A stretch of 64,000 nucleotides of DNA from Gammaproteobacteria bacterium (lineage in GTDB: Bacteria; Pseudomonadota; Gammaproteobacteria; Steroidobacterales; GCA-2729495), in the NCBI GenBank assembly GCA_027293165.1, contig JAPUGB010000013.1, positions 2,604 to 66,603 on the forward strand, in the 5' to 3' direction. The notes beneath the pieces are model-generated. The model was given only the letters and a program-made list of their open reading frames with translations, was not told the origin of the DNA and did no database searches. A program made the position numbers and the translations under genes. Positions 27,872 through 37,629 of this stretch are shown piece by piece (the first letter of the stretch is position 1; each line of letters opens with the position of its first letter).

Positions 27872-28507
27872 GTGGGTTCACCCTTGAAAACTATTTTCTT
27901 CGCGGGTTTCTTGTCCGCCTTTGCGCTGGTGCTTCTCGCCGCTGGATTTTATCCTCTTCCCTCGCATATTCGATACCGATCAGAGAACATAGTCCTGCCC
28001 AATGGGGGAAGGCAGGAAACCTTCACCATCGAATTGCCAAGCGATCGTATCGCGCTACCCAAATTTGCTCGTACTGCGCTCTATCCACAACAGGGATTTT
28101 CACCCGACGGTCGGGGACGCATAACTGCTGAAATGTATCGGCTAAGAAATAGCCGGGGCACCGTTATCGGGATAGCCACCAAGATGACCGGCAGAGTTCC
28201 GGGCACGGCACCGAGATCCGCATGGGTTAGTGACTGGATACTGCTGCTGCCGAGCCGAGGTGCTTTGTTGCTGAACCAAGTCAATGCGCGGCGAGCATTG
28301 CAACCCGTAGCTACCACGCCGATTGAAGTACAGGTTACCGTAGGCCCGGCCCCGGAAGGTGCGGGGATTGTGATTCGTGGAACAGACGAGTTTGCGGGGT
28401 TGCGCGGTACCTACAGCGAGACGCTGCGGGTGGAGCATATTGACGCCGGAGGTGTAACGCACGGGCAAATCGATTTGGTGACGCGACTGGCAAAGGACTT
28501 GTCGTGA
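27872..28507 (+). CDS. Hypothetical membrane-anchored protein (paralog A)
   Basis: 211 aa. N-terminal TM segment (IFFAGFLSAFALVLLAAGF). Shares GFSPDG...LRNSRG and C-terminal G..EFAGLRGTY blocks with the next ORF. GTG start. Confidence 0.55.
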   Translation: MGSPLKTIFFAGFLSAFALVLLAAGFYPLPSHIRYRSENIVLPNGGRQETFTIELPSDRIALPKFARTALYPQQGFSPDGRGRITAEMYRLRNSRGTVIGIATKMTGRVPGTAPRSAWVSDWILLLPSRGALLLNQVNARRALQPVATTPIEVQVTVGPAPEGAGIVIRGTDEFAGLRGTYSETLRVEHIDAGGVTHGQIDLVTRLAKDLS

Positions 28508-29157
28508 AGGGCTTCGTTGGAATTTTGGGAATTCTTATCGGCGCCGGCTGTGCCGCAGCCTTGCTTTTGCTGAACCCTTTTTACCCGCATATTGACCCCA
28601 GTGGCAGCGTTCAGCGAGGTGCGATGAATTACGACTATTCGGCCTCGGAATACCGCGGCATTGCGATGACGCCGCAGTCGTTTTTGGGCATTAGCGGAAT
28701 GTTTGGCGGCGGCGGCGGGTTTCCCAGCGACGGTATACGCCACACGGCAGCCGCGGTGATGCTGCTCAGAAATCGAGACGGGCAGACGGCAGCGCTTGCG
28801 ATCAAGCTTAGCGCAGTGGCAGCGACGAGCCAGCTGCTCGTTGGCGATCTCGGTATTGACAGCTACTGGAACGTATTCTGGCCGAATCTAGGCAGTGTTT
28901 TCCTGGTTGGACGAGAGAATTACTGGCCGGTCATCAGGGACGTGTTCATTGCGGGCTTGCGCGGAGAAGGTCCACTTCCGGCCGGCGAAAAGTATTCGCT
29001 TACGGTGCGGCCGGAGGGTCGCCGCGTGCGCGGAGTCTTGGGTTCCAGCGGGCGGTTTACCGGCGCTACAGGATTGTTTCAGGACAGCTACATCAGTCAG
29101 CCGGATAGCCCAAGCGGTGCGGCCGGTATGATTACGCTGCAGATTAATGTTGAATGA
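28504..29157 (+). CDS. Hypothetical membrane-anchored protein (paralog B)
   Basis: 217 aa. N-terminal TM segment (GILGILIGAGCAAALLLL). GFPSDG...LRNRDG and GSSGRFTGATGLF blocks parallel paralog A. GTGA start/stop overlap at 28504-28507. Confidence 0.55.
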   Translation: MKGFVGILGILIGAGCAAALLLLNPFYPHIDPSGSVQRGAMNYDYSASEYRGIAMTPQSFLGISGMFGGGGGFPSDGIRHTAAAVMLLRNRDGQTAALAIKLSAVAATSQLLVGDLGIDSYWNVFWPNLGSVFLVGRENYWPVIRDVFIAGLRGEGPLPAGEKYSLTVRPEGRRVRGVLGSSGRFTGATGLFQDSYISQPDSPSGAAGMITLQINVE

Positions 29158-29185
29158 GCTCGCGGATAGGGGTCGTTAGGAGAAA

Positions 29186-30433
29186 CTACGTTTTTTCGGC
29201 CGCAGCGGCCAACGCTTGCTGAGCGAGCTGTTTGAAATCTTTGCTTTCGTCACCGAGATCATCGGGATCAAAACAGCTTCCCTGCGCAACCAACTTTTTG
29301 GCGATCATGAATTCTCGCGGCCTGTTGACCGCGTCGACGGCCAATAATCGACCGTTGGCAAGATAGAACGCGGCGAACGATGCAGATTCGGGATCACCTC
29401 GCAGGATAATCTGGTCATAGCCTTCCGCCAGGCCGACGATTTGCAACTTCGCATCGTACTGGTCTGACCAGAACCATGGTGCCTGGATATCGGGCGGGGA
29501 TTTACCGCAGATCGTGGCGGCCGCAATCTTGGCTTGCTCCAAAGCGCTGTGCACGGATTCAAGTCTCGCCCTGCGGCCCAGGACTGCATTCGGGTGGTTA
29601 GTGCAGTCGCCAGCGGCCAGAATGTGCCGATCCTCGGTTACGCAGGATTCGTCGACGACGATTCCGTCGTCGCACGCCAGTCCTGCCCGCTCCGCCAGTT
29701 CCACGCATGGCTGGATGCCGATACCTATAATCACGAGATCTGCTTCGAACCGCTCGGTTTCCTGGCAGACGACGGCGCTGATTGATCCACTGCCTTCGAA
29801 AGATTCAACCCGGTACCCGAATCTAAGGTCTACGCCTGCGCGCCGGTGAAGGGCGGCAAAAAAATCGGAGATCGCCGGACCCACCGCCCGCTTCATCGCT
29901 CGGTCTTCCATTTCGAGTACAGTCACGTTGATACCTTGCGATACGCTCACGGCGGCGACTTCCAGGCCAATGTAGCCCGCTCCGACAATGACCAGGCGTG
30001 CTCCAGGGCTAAATTGTTGCCGTATGCATAGCACATCTTCGATTCGGCGCAGATATCCGATACCTTCAAGATCACTGCCCGGCACGTCCATCTTGCGTAC
30101 CTGACTGCCGGTCGTCAGTAACAGATAGTCATAGTGAATGCTCGTACCGTCGTTTAGCAGCAGATTCTGTTCAACCCGATCGATTTTCTCTGCACGGGTT
30201 GACAGGCGCAGGTCAATATCGTGATCCGGGTAGAATTGTTCCGGCCTGAAGTACAGCCGATGCATATCCAACTCACCAGCCAGGAATTTTTTTGAGAGCG
30301 GTGGACGCTGGTACGGCACATGAGGTTCGTCACCGACCAAAATAATCCTGCCGGTGCAACCGCCATGTCTTAGCGAAGCAACTGCCTGGCCGGCCGCATG
30401 TCCGGCACCCACGATAACGGTGGTTTCCTTCAT
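29186..30433 (-). CDS. FAD-dependent NAD(P)H oxidoreductase, ferredoxin/rubredoxin-reductase type
   Basis: VIVGAGHAAGQAVASLR FAD fold, PYQRPPLSK, second dinucleotide fold LVIVGAGYIGLEVAA, GDC motif AAGDCT. Start placed at MKETTV. Confidence 0.8.
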   Translation of the reverse strand: MKETTVIVGAGHAAGQAVASLRHGGCTGRIILVGDEPHVPYQRPPLSKKFLAGELDMHRLYFRPEQFYPDHDIDLRLSTRAEKIDRVEQNLLLNDGTSIHYDYLLLTTGSQVRKMDVPGSDLEGIGYLRRIEDVLCIRQQFSPGARLVIVGAGYIGLEVAAVSVSQGINVTVLEMEDRAMKRAVGPAISDFFAALHRRAGVDLRFGYRVESFEGSGSISAVVCQETERFEADLVIIGIGIQPCVELAERAGLACDDGIVVDESCVTEDRHILAAGDCTNHPNAVLGRRARLESVHSALEQAKIAAATICGKSPPDIQAPWFWSDQYDAKLQIVGLAEGYDQIILRGDPESASFAAFYLANGRLLAVDAVNRPREFMIAKKLVAQGSCFDPDDLGDESKDFKQLAQQALAAAAEKT

Positions 30434-30437
30434 CAAG

Positions 30438-32831
30438 TTAATCCAGATAAGCGGATACCGCTGCAAGACCAGCGGGTTGGAGCGGCCAGAACAACGGAAG
30501 CAGAAACATTACGACGATGAATACGATGATCGTGAGTGGAATCCCGAGTTTGAGGTAATCAGAAAAACTGTAGCCGCCCGGTCCCATTACCAGGATATTC
30601 GCTGGATGCGAAATCGGGCTCGTGAAACTTGCTGAGGCAGCCATCGCGACCGCCATCATTGCCGTCTGTGGCGCGATCCCCATGTCGGCGCTGGCCGACA
30701 AAACGATCGGTGCCATTAACACTACCAACGCAGCGGTCGGTACGATCATCGTTCCGATAGCCGTTACGGCGTACAGTCCCATGATCACAGGCCAGGGCCC
30801 GAAATCTCCGAGCGTTTCCATAACACGGCCAGCCAGATACTGTGCCGTGCCGGTTTCCTGCATTGCGATTCCGAGGGGCAGCATTCCGGCAATCAAAAAT
30901 ACTGCGCGCCAGTCTATTGAGCGGTACGCTTGCTCCATATTCAGGCAGCGAGTCAGCACCATCAGGCTCGCGCCGACGATGGCGGCTATTTCGATGCGTA
31001 ACGCGCCTGTCACAACGGATCCGACGACGCCGAGCATGATCAAACTAGCTAAAGGCGCACGCCGAGTATCTGGTGGGCTCGCGCCTATCGGTGTCAATGC
31101 AAGAAAATCCGGGTCGTCTCCAAAAACCGCCAGCTTCTTGCGGGGGCCAATTAACAAAAGTGCGTCGCCGAATTGCAGCTGCAGGCGCTCCAGATCTGAC
31201 CTTATGGCTCGACCGGAGCGCCATACCGCGACCAACTCCAGACCGTGTTTTTCGCGGAAATTAATTTCGGCCATTGACGTTCCTGCCAGCGGTGAATGTG
31301 GTGCCAGGGTTGCTTCCAAAACAGCCAGCCGGTCGGATTCGAAATTTCCCAGTTGTGGTGATACGTGGCTCTCGATTTCCAATTCCTGCAGACCGCGCAA
31401 TTCGTCGAGGTCCTCTGGGCGTCCCTGCAGCAGTAGCAAATCTCCGCCAAGAACCAACTCGTCTGGTTCCGGCATCAGTTGAAGCATACCTTCCCGAAAT
31501 GTGGCGAGCAGCCGAAAATCGAACGCGTCACCAAGGCGGCTTTGCGCTAAAGTCGAACCGCCGAGGCGGGATCCCTTGGGAATCCTAATGACGAAAACAC
31601 TTTCCTGCAGGCGGTAGGTTTCGAGCAAATCCTCTTCGCTGACCGGCCGGATCTCCGAGAATTCATTCGACCGCTCGAGTTTAGTGAGCGATTCTTCGCT
31701 ACCCTGCAACAAGAGACAGTCGGCACCTCGCAACGGCACCTGCGAAATATTGACGCGTCGAACGAGATCACCTCGCCGAATGGCCAAAACGTTCGCCCCG
31801 AAACGGCGGCGAAACTCTGTGTGATGTAGAAGTTCTTTGACCATTGGTGAGTCCGTTGCGACGGTGACTTCGACGAGCTTGATCCGGTCACTGACCAGCG
31901 ATTGCAGCAGCGGTGCTTCCCGTTCGATAACCACTTCGCTCCATCGGCGAAGCTCATCGAAGCGGTCCAGGCGACCCTGTACAAGAATCTTGTCGCCGCC
32001 TTTGAGAACCGTCTGGCGTGATGGCAGAGCCTCGATACGGCCGCCGCGATCCAGCGCAATGACGATCAGCCCAACCGCGGACCCAATGCGGGTTTCGGCC
32101 AGAGTCTTGCCAATCAAGACCGACTCCTGCGGTATCCGCATCACAAAAGTGCGTTCCTGTAACCCATAGAGCGTTCGCAGATTGCGTTGGCTGCGCAGAT
32201 TCGAGGCGCCACTGGGGTCCTTTTGCGGAAGAATCAGTCGACCGACCAAGGCCACGAATAGTGTGCCGACCACCAAGACCCCCAGACCTACCGGTGAAAA
32301 ATCGAACAATTGGAAGGCCCGTTCCCCGCTCTGCGTGAGTGCATCGCTGATGAGTAGGTTAGGTGGTGTGCCTATCAACGTGGTAAGTCCGCCGAGCAGA
32401 CACCCGAAAGCCAGTGGCATCAGCAGACGCGACGGTGGAGTCTCGGTGCGCCTCGCTATGTCCACGACCACCGGTAACATCAAGGCGGCTACCCCGATGT
32501 TATTCATGAACGCTGACAGGCCGCCCGCCGTTAACATTATTACCAGGATCAATGAAATTTCGCTGCGCCCGGACACTCTGAGCAGCTGCTGTCCGAGACT
32601 ATTAGCAATTCCGGTGCGGGTCAGGCCTTCGCTAAGAATGAACATGGCCCAGACCGTGATGACCGCCGCGTTGCTGAAACCTGAAACGGCTTGGGCAGGG
32701 CTGACCAGACCACTGACTGCCAGGGTGCCCAGCACCAGCAGCGCGACCAGATCCATGCGCAATGCTTCAGTGACGAACAGAACCACTGCGATCAACAGGA
32801 TGCCGAGAACCAGTGCAATTTCGATGGTCAC
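30438..32831 (-). CDS. SLC13/DASS-type (CitT/ArsB-fold) permease with four central TrkA-C (RCK_C) domains
   Basis: 797 aa. Hydrophobic N- and C-terminal transporter halves flank four ~85-aa repeats of the TrkA-C pattern, for example VMRIPQESVLIGKTLAETRIGSAVGLIVIALDRGG...GDKILVQG and three further copies. Confidence 0.8.
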   Translation of the reverse strand: MTIEIALVLGILLIAVVLFVTEALRMDLVALLVLGTLAVSGLVSPAQAVSGFSNAAVITVWAMFILSEGLTRTGIANSLGQQLLRVSGRSEISLILVIMLTAGGLSAFMNNIGVAALMLPVVVDIARRTETPPSRLLMPLAFGCLLGGLTTLIGTPPNLLISDALTQSGERAFQLFDFSPVGLGVLVVGTLFVALVGRLILPQKDPSGASNLRSQRNLRTLYGLQERTFVMRIPQESVLIGKTLAETRIGSAVGLIVIALDRGGRIEALPSRQTVLKGGDKILVQGRLDRFDELRRWSEVVIEREAPLLQSLVSDRIKLVEVTVATDSPMVKELLHHTEFRRRFGANVLAIRRGDLVRRVNISQVPLRGADCLLLQGSEESLTKLERSNEFSEIRPVSEEDLLETYRLQESVFVIRIPKGSRLGGSTLAQSRLGDAFDFRLLATFREGMLQLMPEPDELVLGGDLLLLQGRPEDLDELRGLQELEIESHVSPQLGNFESDRLAVLEATLAPHSPLAGTSMAEINFREKHGLELVAVWRSGRAIRSDLERLQLQFGDALLLIGPRKKLAVFGDDPDFLALTPIGASPPDTRRAPLASLIMLGVVGSVVTGALRIEIAAIVGASLMVLTRCLNMEQAYRSIDWRAVFLIAGMLPLGIAMQETGTAQYLAGRVMETLGDFGPWPVIMGLYAVTAIGTMIVPTAALVVLMAPIVLSASADMGIAPQTAMMAVAMAASASFTSPISHPANILVMGPGGYSFSDYLKLGIPLTIIVFIVVMFLLPLFWPLQPAGLAAVSAYLD

Positions 32832-35800
32832 GACGGCCTCACCGGCGCGCCGCAGCCGCCACCACCTGGTGTCTCTATCACCAGCACATCGCCGGCTTGA
32901 ACCTCGACGCGCTCCGTTGAACCGAGTTTTACAACGGTGCCGTCGCGACGGGTGATGTAATTTTTGCCCCGTTCACCAGGATTGCCACCATCAATTCCAA
33001 ACGGCGCTATGCGCCGATGGTTGGAAAGAATCGCAGCGCTCATCGCCTCGCGAAATTCCAGCTTGCGCACGACGCCGTTGCCACCGCTATGTGCGCCACG
33101 TCCGCCCGAGTGCGACCGAATCGAAAAATCACTGATCAAAATTGGGTAACGCGCTTCTAATACTTCTGGATCGGTTAATCGGGTATTGGTCATGTGGGTC
33201 TGAACCGCATCGGCCCCATCGAATGTTTGGCCCGCTCCTGAGCCACCGCCAATCGTTTCATAATACTGGTAGTGCTCTGTACCGAATGTGAGGTTGTTCA
33301 TGGTTCCCTGCGAGCCCGCGAGAATCCCCAGCGCACCGTATAGAGCATCGGTTACGCATTGAGATGTTTCCACATTACCCGCAACGACCGCTGCCGGATA
33401 TTCCGGATTCAGCAGACATCCCGGCGGTATGATGACCTTCAGTGGTCTGCTGCAGCCAGCATTAAGCGGGATATCGGATCCTATCAGGGTTCGGAAAACA
33501 TACAGGACCGCTGCTCGGGCGATCGAAGCAGGCGCATTGAAGTTATCCTTGGACACCGGCGAAGTGCCAGCAAAGTCGATGGTCGCAGATCGACTGTTGC
33601 CATCCAACGTGATTTTGACCCTGACCCAGTGGCCGGCGTCCATTTCGTATTCGAATTTCCCCTCGCTCAAGCGTTCGATCGCGGCCCGGACGGATTCTTC
33701 GGCGTTGTCCTGTACGTGCGACATATACGCTTTCACGGTATTTAGGCCGTAGCGAGCTACCATCTCATACAACAGTCGGCTACCGCGCTGGTTTGCGGCG
33801 ACTTGGGCTTTCAGATCGGCGATATTCTGCGACGGTTTGCGCGCCGGGTAGTCGCCCGCCGAAAACAATTGGCGCAAGCACTGCTCCTGGAACTGACCAT
33901 CGGCCACCAGCGGAATATTGTCGAGAAGTATGCCTTCCTCATCAATATGAACACTGTCAGGAGGCATAGAGCCGGGTGAGATGCCGCCCACGTCAGCGTG
34001 ATGTGCCCGGGAAGCCAACAAAAACATAAGTGAACGTTGCTTTTCGTCGAGCACCGGCGTTATCACGGTTATATCGGGCAAATGCGTGCCGCCGTTGTAG
34101 GGCGCGTTGGAGACGAATACGTCGCCTGCGATCAGCTGCTCTCGATTCGTGCGCAGCACCGTTTGTACGCTGTCATCCATGGATCCAAGGTGCACCGGCA
34201 TATGTGGTGCGTTGGCGATCAGTTGTCCTTGCTGATCGAATAGCGCACATGAGAAATCAAGTCGCTCTTTGATATTGACCGAGTGTGCTGTGCTTTCCAG
34301 AACAGCGCCCATTTGTTCAGCAATGTGCATGAAATGCTGACTGAACACCTCGAGCATAACCGGGTCAACCTCGGTGCCAATACTCTCGGACAAGGCCAGC
34401 GGTGCGTCTCTTGTGAGCATTATCTGCAAATTCGGGCTGACCGTGACGGTCCAGCCCGGTTCAACGATGATTGTCCCGGTTGATTCAACGATAATTCCAG
34501 GCCCGGATAGTGAAAAACCGGGCGAAAGATTTGCGCGTTTGAACACCGGTGTTTGACACCATTGGGTGTTGAACAATGCTTTTATGTTGCCCTGGCTGCG
34601 CGCAGCCAGGATTTTCCGTCGATTTATGTTTTCGGCAGCAAGTGGCGTTCCAGTTTCACCGGTTGCCTCAACGCGCAGGGACTCGATGATCAAATCTGGC
34701 TCATGCGGAGAGAACCCGTAGCGCTGGTCGTACATCAGATCAAACTGCCGCACGATGTCATCGTGCTCGCCCCAGGGTATCGCTACAGTGGAATCAGTTC
34801 CGGCAATTTTCACCTGCAAAATGATACGGGTGGCGATTAGTTCGGCGTCAATTCCCTGCGATTCGACCTCGTCAAAGCATGCCGTTTCAAGTACGTTGAC
34901 TGCCGGCTGCAGCTCCTCGGTGGTAGACGGGCTCAGGCGCTTCTCGACTGCCTGTTGGCGATAGGCGCGGATTGGAGCAACACCAATTCCGTATGCTGAT
35001 AACACTCCCGCGAGCGGATCGATCATTATGCTTTTTATGCCCAATCGATCAGCGACCTGACAGGCATGTTGACCGCCTGCGCCGCCGAAGCAGCAGAGGG
35101 TAAATTCACCCGGGTTGTGACCACGCTGTACTGATATTTTCTTGATCGCGTTCGCCATGTTTTCGACGGCAACCCGGATAAAGCCTTCGGCAACGCGCGC
35201 TGCCGACACGTTCTTATCTGTTTGGCGCCCAATTTCATCGGCTAGCCCGTCAAACAGGTCAGCGACCCTTCCGCTGTCGAGCGTCTGATCGCCAACCGGG
35301 CCAAACACCTTGGGGAAGTAATCCGGCAGGATCCGGCCCAGCAGAACATTCGCATCGGTCAGGGTTAGCGGACCTCCGCGACGATAACTGGCAGGCCCGG
35401 GATCCGCCGCCGCTGACTTCGGACCAACCTGATAGCGCCCGGCTTTGAAACCAAGAATCGAACTCCCACCTGCCGCAATGGTGTGTACACGTAGCATCGG
35501 TGAGCGGAGCCTCACCCCGCCGATTTCGGTGTGATTAACGAACTCATAGGTCTCAGAAAACAGGGAGACGTCCGTTGATGTGCCACCCATGTCGAAACCA
35601 ATTAACTGACGCAGGCCCGCACGCTGCCCCTGAGTCACCATGCCGACGACGCCACCAGCGGGTCCGGACAAGACACTGTCTTTGCCACGAAAGCGCCGCG
35701 CCTCGACCAGCCCCCCATTACTCTGCATGAAAAGAATCTGGTTGCAGGCGACATTCGCCTTACCGAGCTCGCGCTGAAATAGCTCGACGTACTGTTGCAG

Positions 35801-36445
35801 TATGGGAGACAGGTATGCGTCGACTACTGTTGTGTCGCCGCGGCTGACCAGCTTCATCAGCGGGCTGACCTCGTGCGACATTGAAATTTGCTCGAACCCC
35901 AGATCCGCTGCGATTTGCCCAACCTGTCGTTCATGTTCGTTGAACCGGTATGCATGCAGAAAGCACACTGCTATGGATTTGATCCCCTGCTGGTGTAGTT
36001 CGTGCATAGCGACACGGATACCGTCACGGTCAAGTTCGGTCAGGATTTTGCCGTCCGCGTCCACGCGTTCATCGGCTTCGGCGACAGCCGAGTAGAGTTG
36101 CTCTGGCAGTTGAATATCGAGAGCGAATATGTCTGGGCGATTCTGATAGCCGATGCGCAATGCATCGGCAAAGCCGCGCGTGGTAATCAGCGCAGTGGGC
36201 GAGCCTGCTCGCTCGAGTAAAGCGTTGGTAGCCACGGTTGTGCCGATTCTGACGGTGTCGATCTGTCGGGGAGAATTCAGTTCGCCCAAAATTCTGCAGA
36301 TCCCTTCTACCGCAGCATCGGCATAGCGCCTCTCGTCCACGGACAGCAGCTTTTGGACCAAGGTCGCACCGGCCGGCGAAAGGCCAATGACATCAGTGAA
36401 CGTGCCGCCGCGATCGACCCAGAATTGCCAGCCCTTACCGGCCAT
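32828..36445 (-). CDS. Fused hydantoinase A/B family protein, 5-oxoprolinase (ATP-hydrolysing)-like
   Basis: 1205 aa. The N-terminus (WQFWVDRGGTFTDVI, DMGGTSTDVS) matches HyuA. The C-terminal half (NAPYNGGTHLPDITV, MNNLTFG) matches HyuB. The fused architecture resembles eukaryote-type OPLAH. 4-nt overlap with the transporter gene. Confidence 0.8.
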   Translation of the reverse strand: MAGKGWQFWVDRGGTFTDVIGLSPAGATLVQKLLSVDERRYADAAVEGICRILGELNSPRQIDTVRIGTTVATNALLERAGSPTALITTRGFADALRIGYQNRPDIFALDIQLPEQLYSAVAEADERVDADGKILTELDRDGIRVAMHELHQQGIKSIAVCFLHAYRFNEHERQVGQIAADLGFEQISMSHEVSPLMKLVSRGDTTVVDAYLSPILQQYVELFQRELGKANVACNQILFMQSNGGLVEARRFRGKDSVLSGPAGGVVGMVTQGQRAGLRQLIGFDMGGTSTDVSLFSETYEFVNHTEIGGVRLRSPMLRVHTIAAGGSSILGFKAGRYQVGPKSAAADPGPASYRRGGPLTLTDANVLLGRILPDYFPKVFGPVGDQTLDSGRVADLFDGLADEIGRQTDKNVSAARVAEGFIRVAVENMANAIKKISVQRGHNPGEFTLCCFGGAGGQHACQVADRLGIKSIMIDPLAGVLSAYGIGVAPIRAYRQQAVEKRLSPSTTEELQPAVNVLETACFDEVESQGIDAELIATRIILQVKIAGTDSTVAIPWGEHDDIVRQFDLMYDQRYGFSPHEPDLIIESLRVEATGETGTPLAAENINRRKILAARSQGNIKALFNTQWCQTPVFKRANLSPGFSLSGPGIIVESTGTIIVEPGWTVTVSPNLQIMLTRDAPLALSESIGTEVDPVMLEVFSQHFMHIAEQMGAVLESTAHSVNIKERLDFSCALFDQQGQLIANAPHMPVHLGSMDDSVQTVLRTNREQLIAGDVFVSNAPYNGGTHLPDITVITPVLDEKQRSLMFLLASRAHHADVGGISPGSMPPDSVHIDEEGILLDNIPLVADGQFQEQCLRQLFSAGDYPARKPSQNIADLKAQVAANQRGSRLLYEMVARYGLNTVKAYMSHVQDNAEESVRAAIERLSEGKFEYEMDAGHWVRVKITLDGNSRSATIDFAGTSPVSKDNFNAPASIARAAVLYVFRTLIGSDIPLNAGCSRPLKVIIPPGCLLNPEYPAAVVAGNVETSQCVTDALYGALGILAGSQGTMNNLTFGTEHYQYYETIGGGSGAGQTFDGADAVQTHMTNTRLTDPEVLEARYPILISDFSIRSHSGGRGAHSGGNGVVRKLEFREAMSAAILSNHRRIAPFGIDGGNPGERGKNYITRRDGTVVKLGSTERVEVQAGDVLVIETPGGGGCGAPVRPS

Positions 36446-36573
36446 ATGGAGTTCTCATTTACAAGGCCATGAATTGGGTAGGGGGATTGTATTCAAGCAC
36501 GCGTTCGTACGGGTAAACCTTTTGCGATTCGCAGCGTCAAAGAAGTACCTGTGCCCTGAAGGATTTAGAATAT

Positions 36574-37515
36574 ATGCGACGGTTATCCTATGCTTTCATG
36601 ATCGCCTGCCTGCTGCAGAGCTTGCCGCCAGTAGTCTCCGCTACAGAGAAAATGAACGGTTTCAACCTGGAGAATGCGCTGGTCCCGGTCGGTCGGATCC
36701 AAAATGGGGGCGTAGCCCGCGACGGCATCCCTGCCCTGTATGCGCCCAAGTTCGTCGACGCGTCGTCCGCCAATTTCCTGTCGGACAAAGACCGGGTGCT
36801 GGGCGTGCACCGGAACGGCGAAGCCAGGGCGTACCCACTCAAGATCATGAACTACCACGAAATCGTCAATGATGATTTCAACGGTGCCGAAGTGCTCGTG
36901 AGCTTTTGCCCGTTGTGCGGGTCCGGCATTGCTTTCGCGGTTGATGTCGAGCACGGTGGCTTTGGGGTCTCTGGTCTGCTTTATAACAGCGACGTGCTGA
37001 TGTATGACCGCAAAACCGAGTCGCTGTGGTCGCAAATCCTCGGTCAGGCTATCAGTGGCCCAGCTAGAGGTGAGAGCCTCGAAGCCATTCCGATCAGCAA
37101 TACCAATTGGGAGACTTGGCGTCGGCGATATCCCGACACGAAGGTTCTCTCGCCGGAAACAGGCTACGTCCGCAACTATGACCGCGATCCTTACGCTGAT
37201 TACCGCCGCTCAAACAAGCTCTGGTTCCCGGTCGCGGCTAGAAACCGGCGCTTTACACCAAAAAGCATGGTTATAGGAATCGGCTTAGACGGCCTGTTCA
37301 AGGCATACCCGCTGGATGAACTGCCGGACGCCAAAATGAGTATTGAAGACTCGTTTGCCGGGCGCCGACTGACTGTTGAATACGATAAAGGCTCAGCATC
37401 GGCTGACGTGTTTGACGCATCTGGAAAGGAATGGCCATCCGTTACCTTGTTCTGGTTTGCCTGGGTGGCATTCCACCCAGATACTGAGGTCTACGTTTCA
37501 CCAGACGTGAAATAG
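36574..37515 (+). CDS. DUF3179 domain protein
   Basis: Signal peptide followed by RDGIPALYAPKF, RAYPLKIMNYHEIVND and FCPLCGSG, the DUF3179 pattern. Confidence 0.65.
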   Translation: MRRLSYAFMIACLLQSLPPVVSATEKMNGFNLENALVPVGRIQNGGVARDGIPALYAPKFVDASSANFLSDKDRVLGVHRNGEARAYPLKIMNYHEIVNDDFNGAEVLVSFCPLCGSGIAFAVDVEHGGFGVSGLLYNSDVLMYDRKTESLWSQILGQAISGPARGESLEAIPISNTNWETWRRRYPDTKVLSPETGYVRNYDRDPYADYRRSNKLWFPVAARNRRFTPKSMVIGIGLDGLFKAYPLDELPDAKMSIEDSFAGRRLTVEYDKGSASADVFDASGKEWPSVTLFWFAWVAFHPDTEVYVSPDVK

Positions 37516-37629
37516 CCCAGCCAGAGGCAACGATCGAATTCTTAGTCGCCAGCACCGCGGGTGAATCCAGGCAATGTATCCCTATCGGTTTTGCATATGC
37601 TGCCAGACGGGTGAGAATGACGCGGGGAT

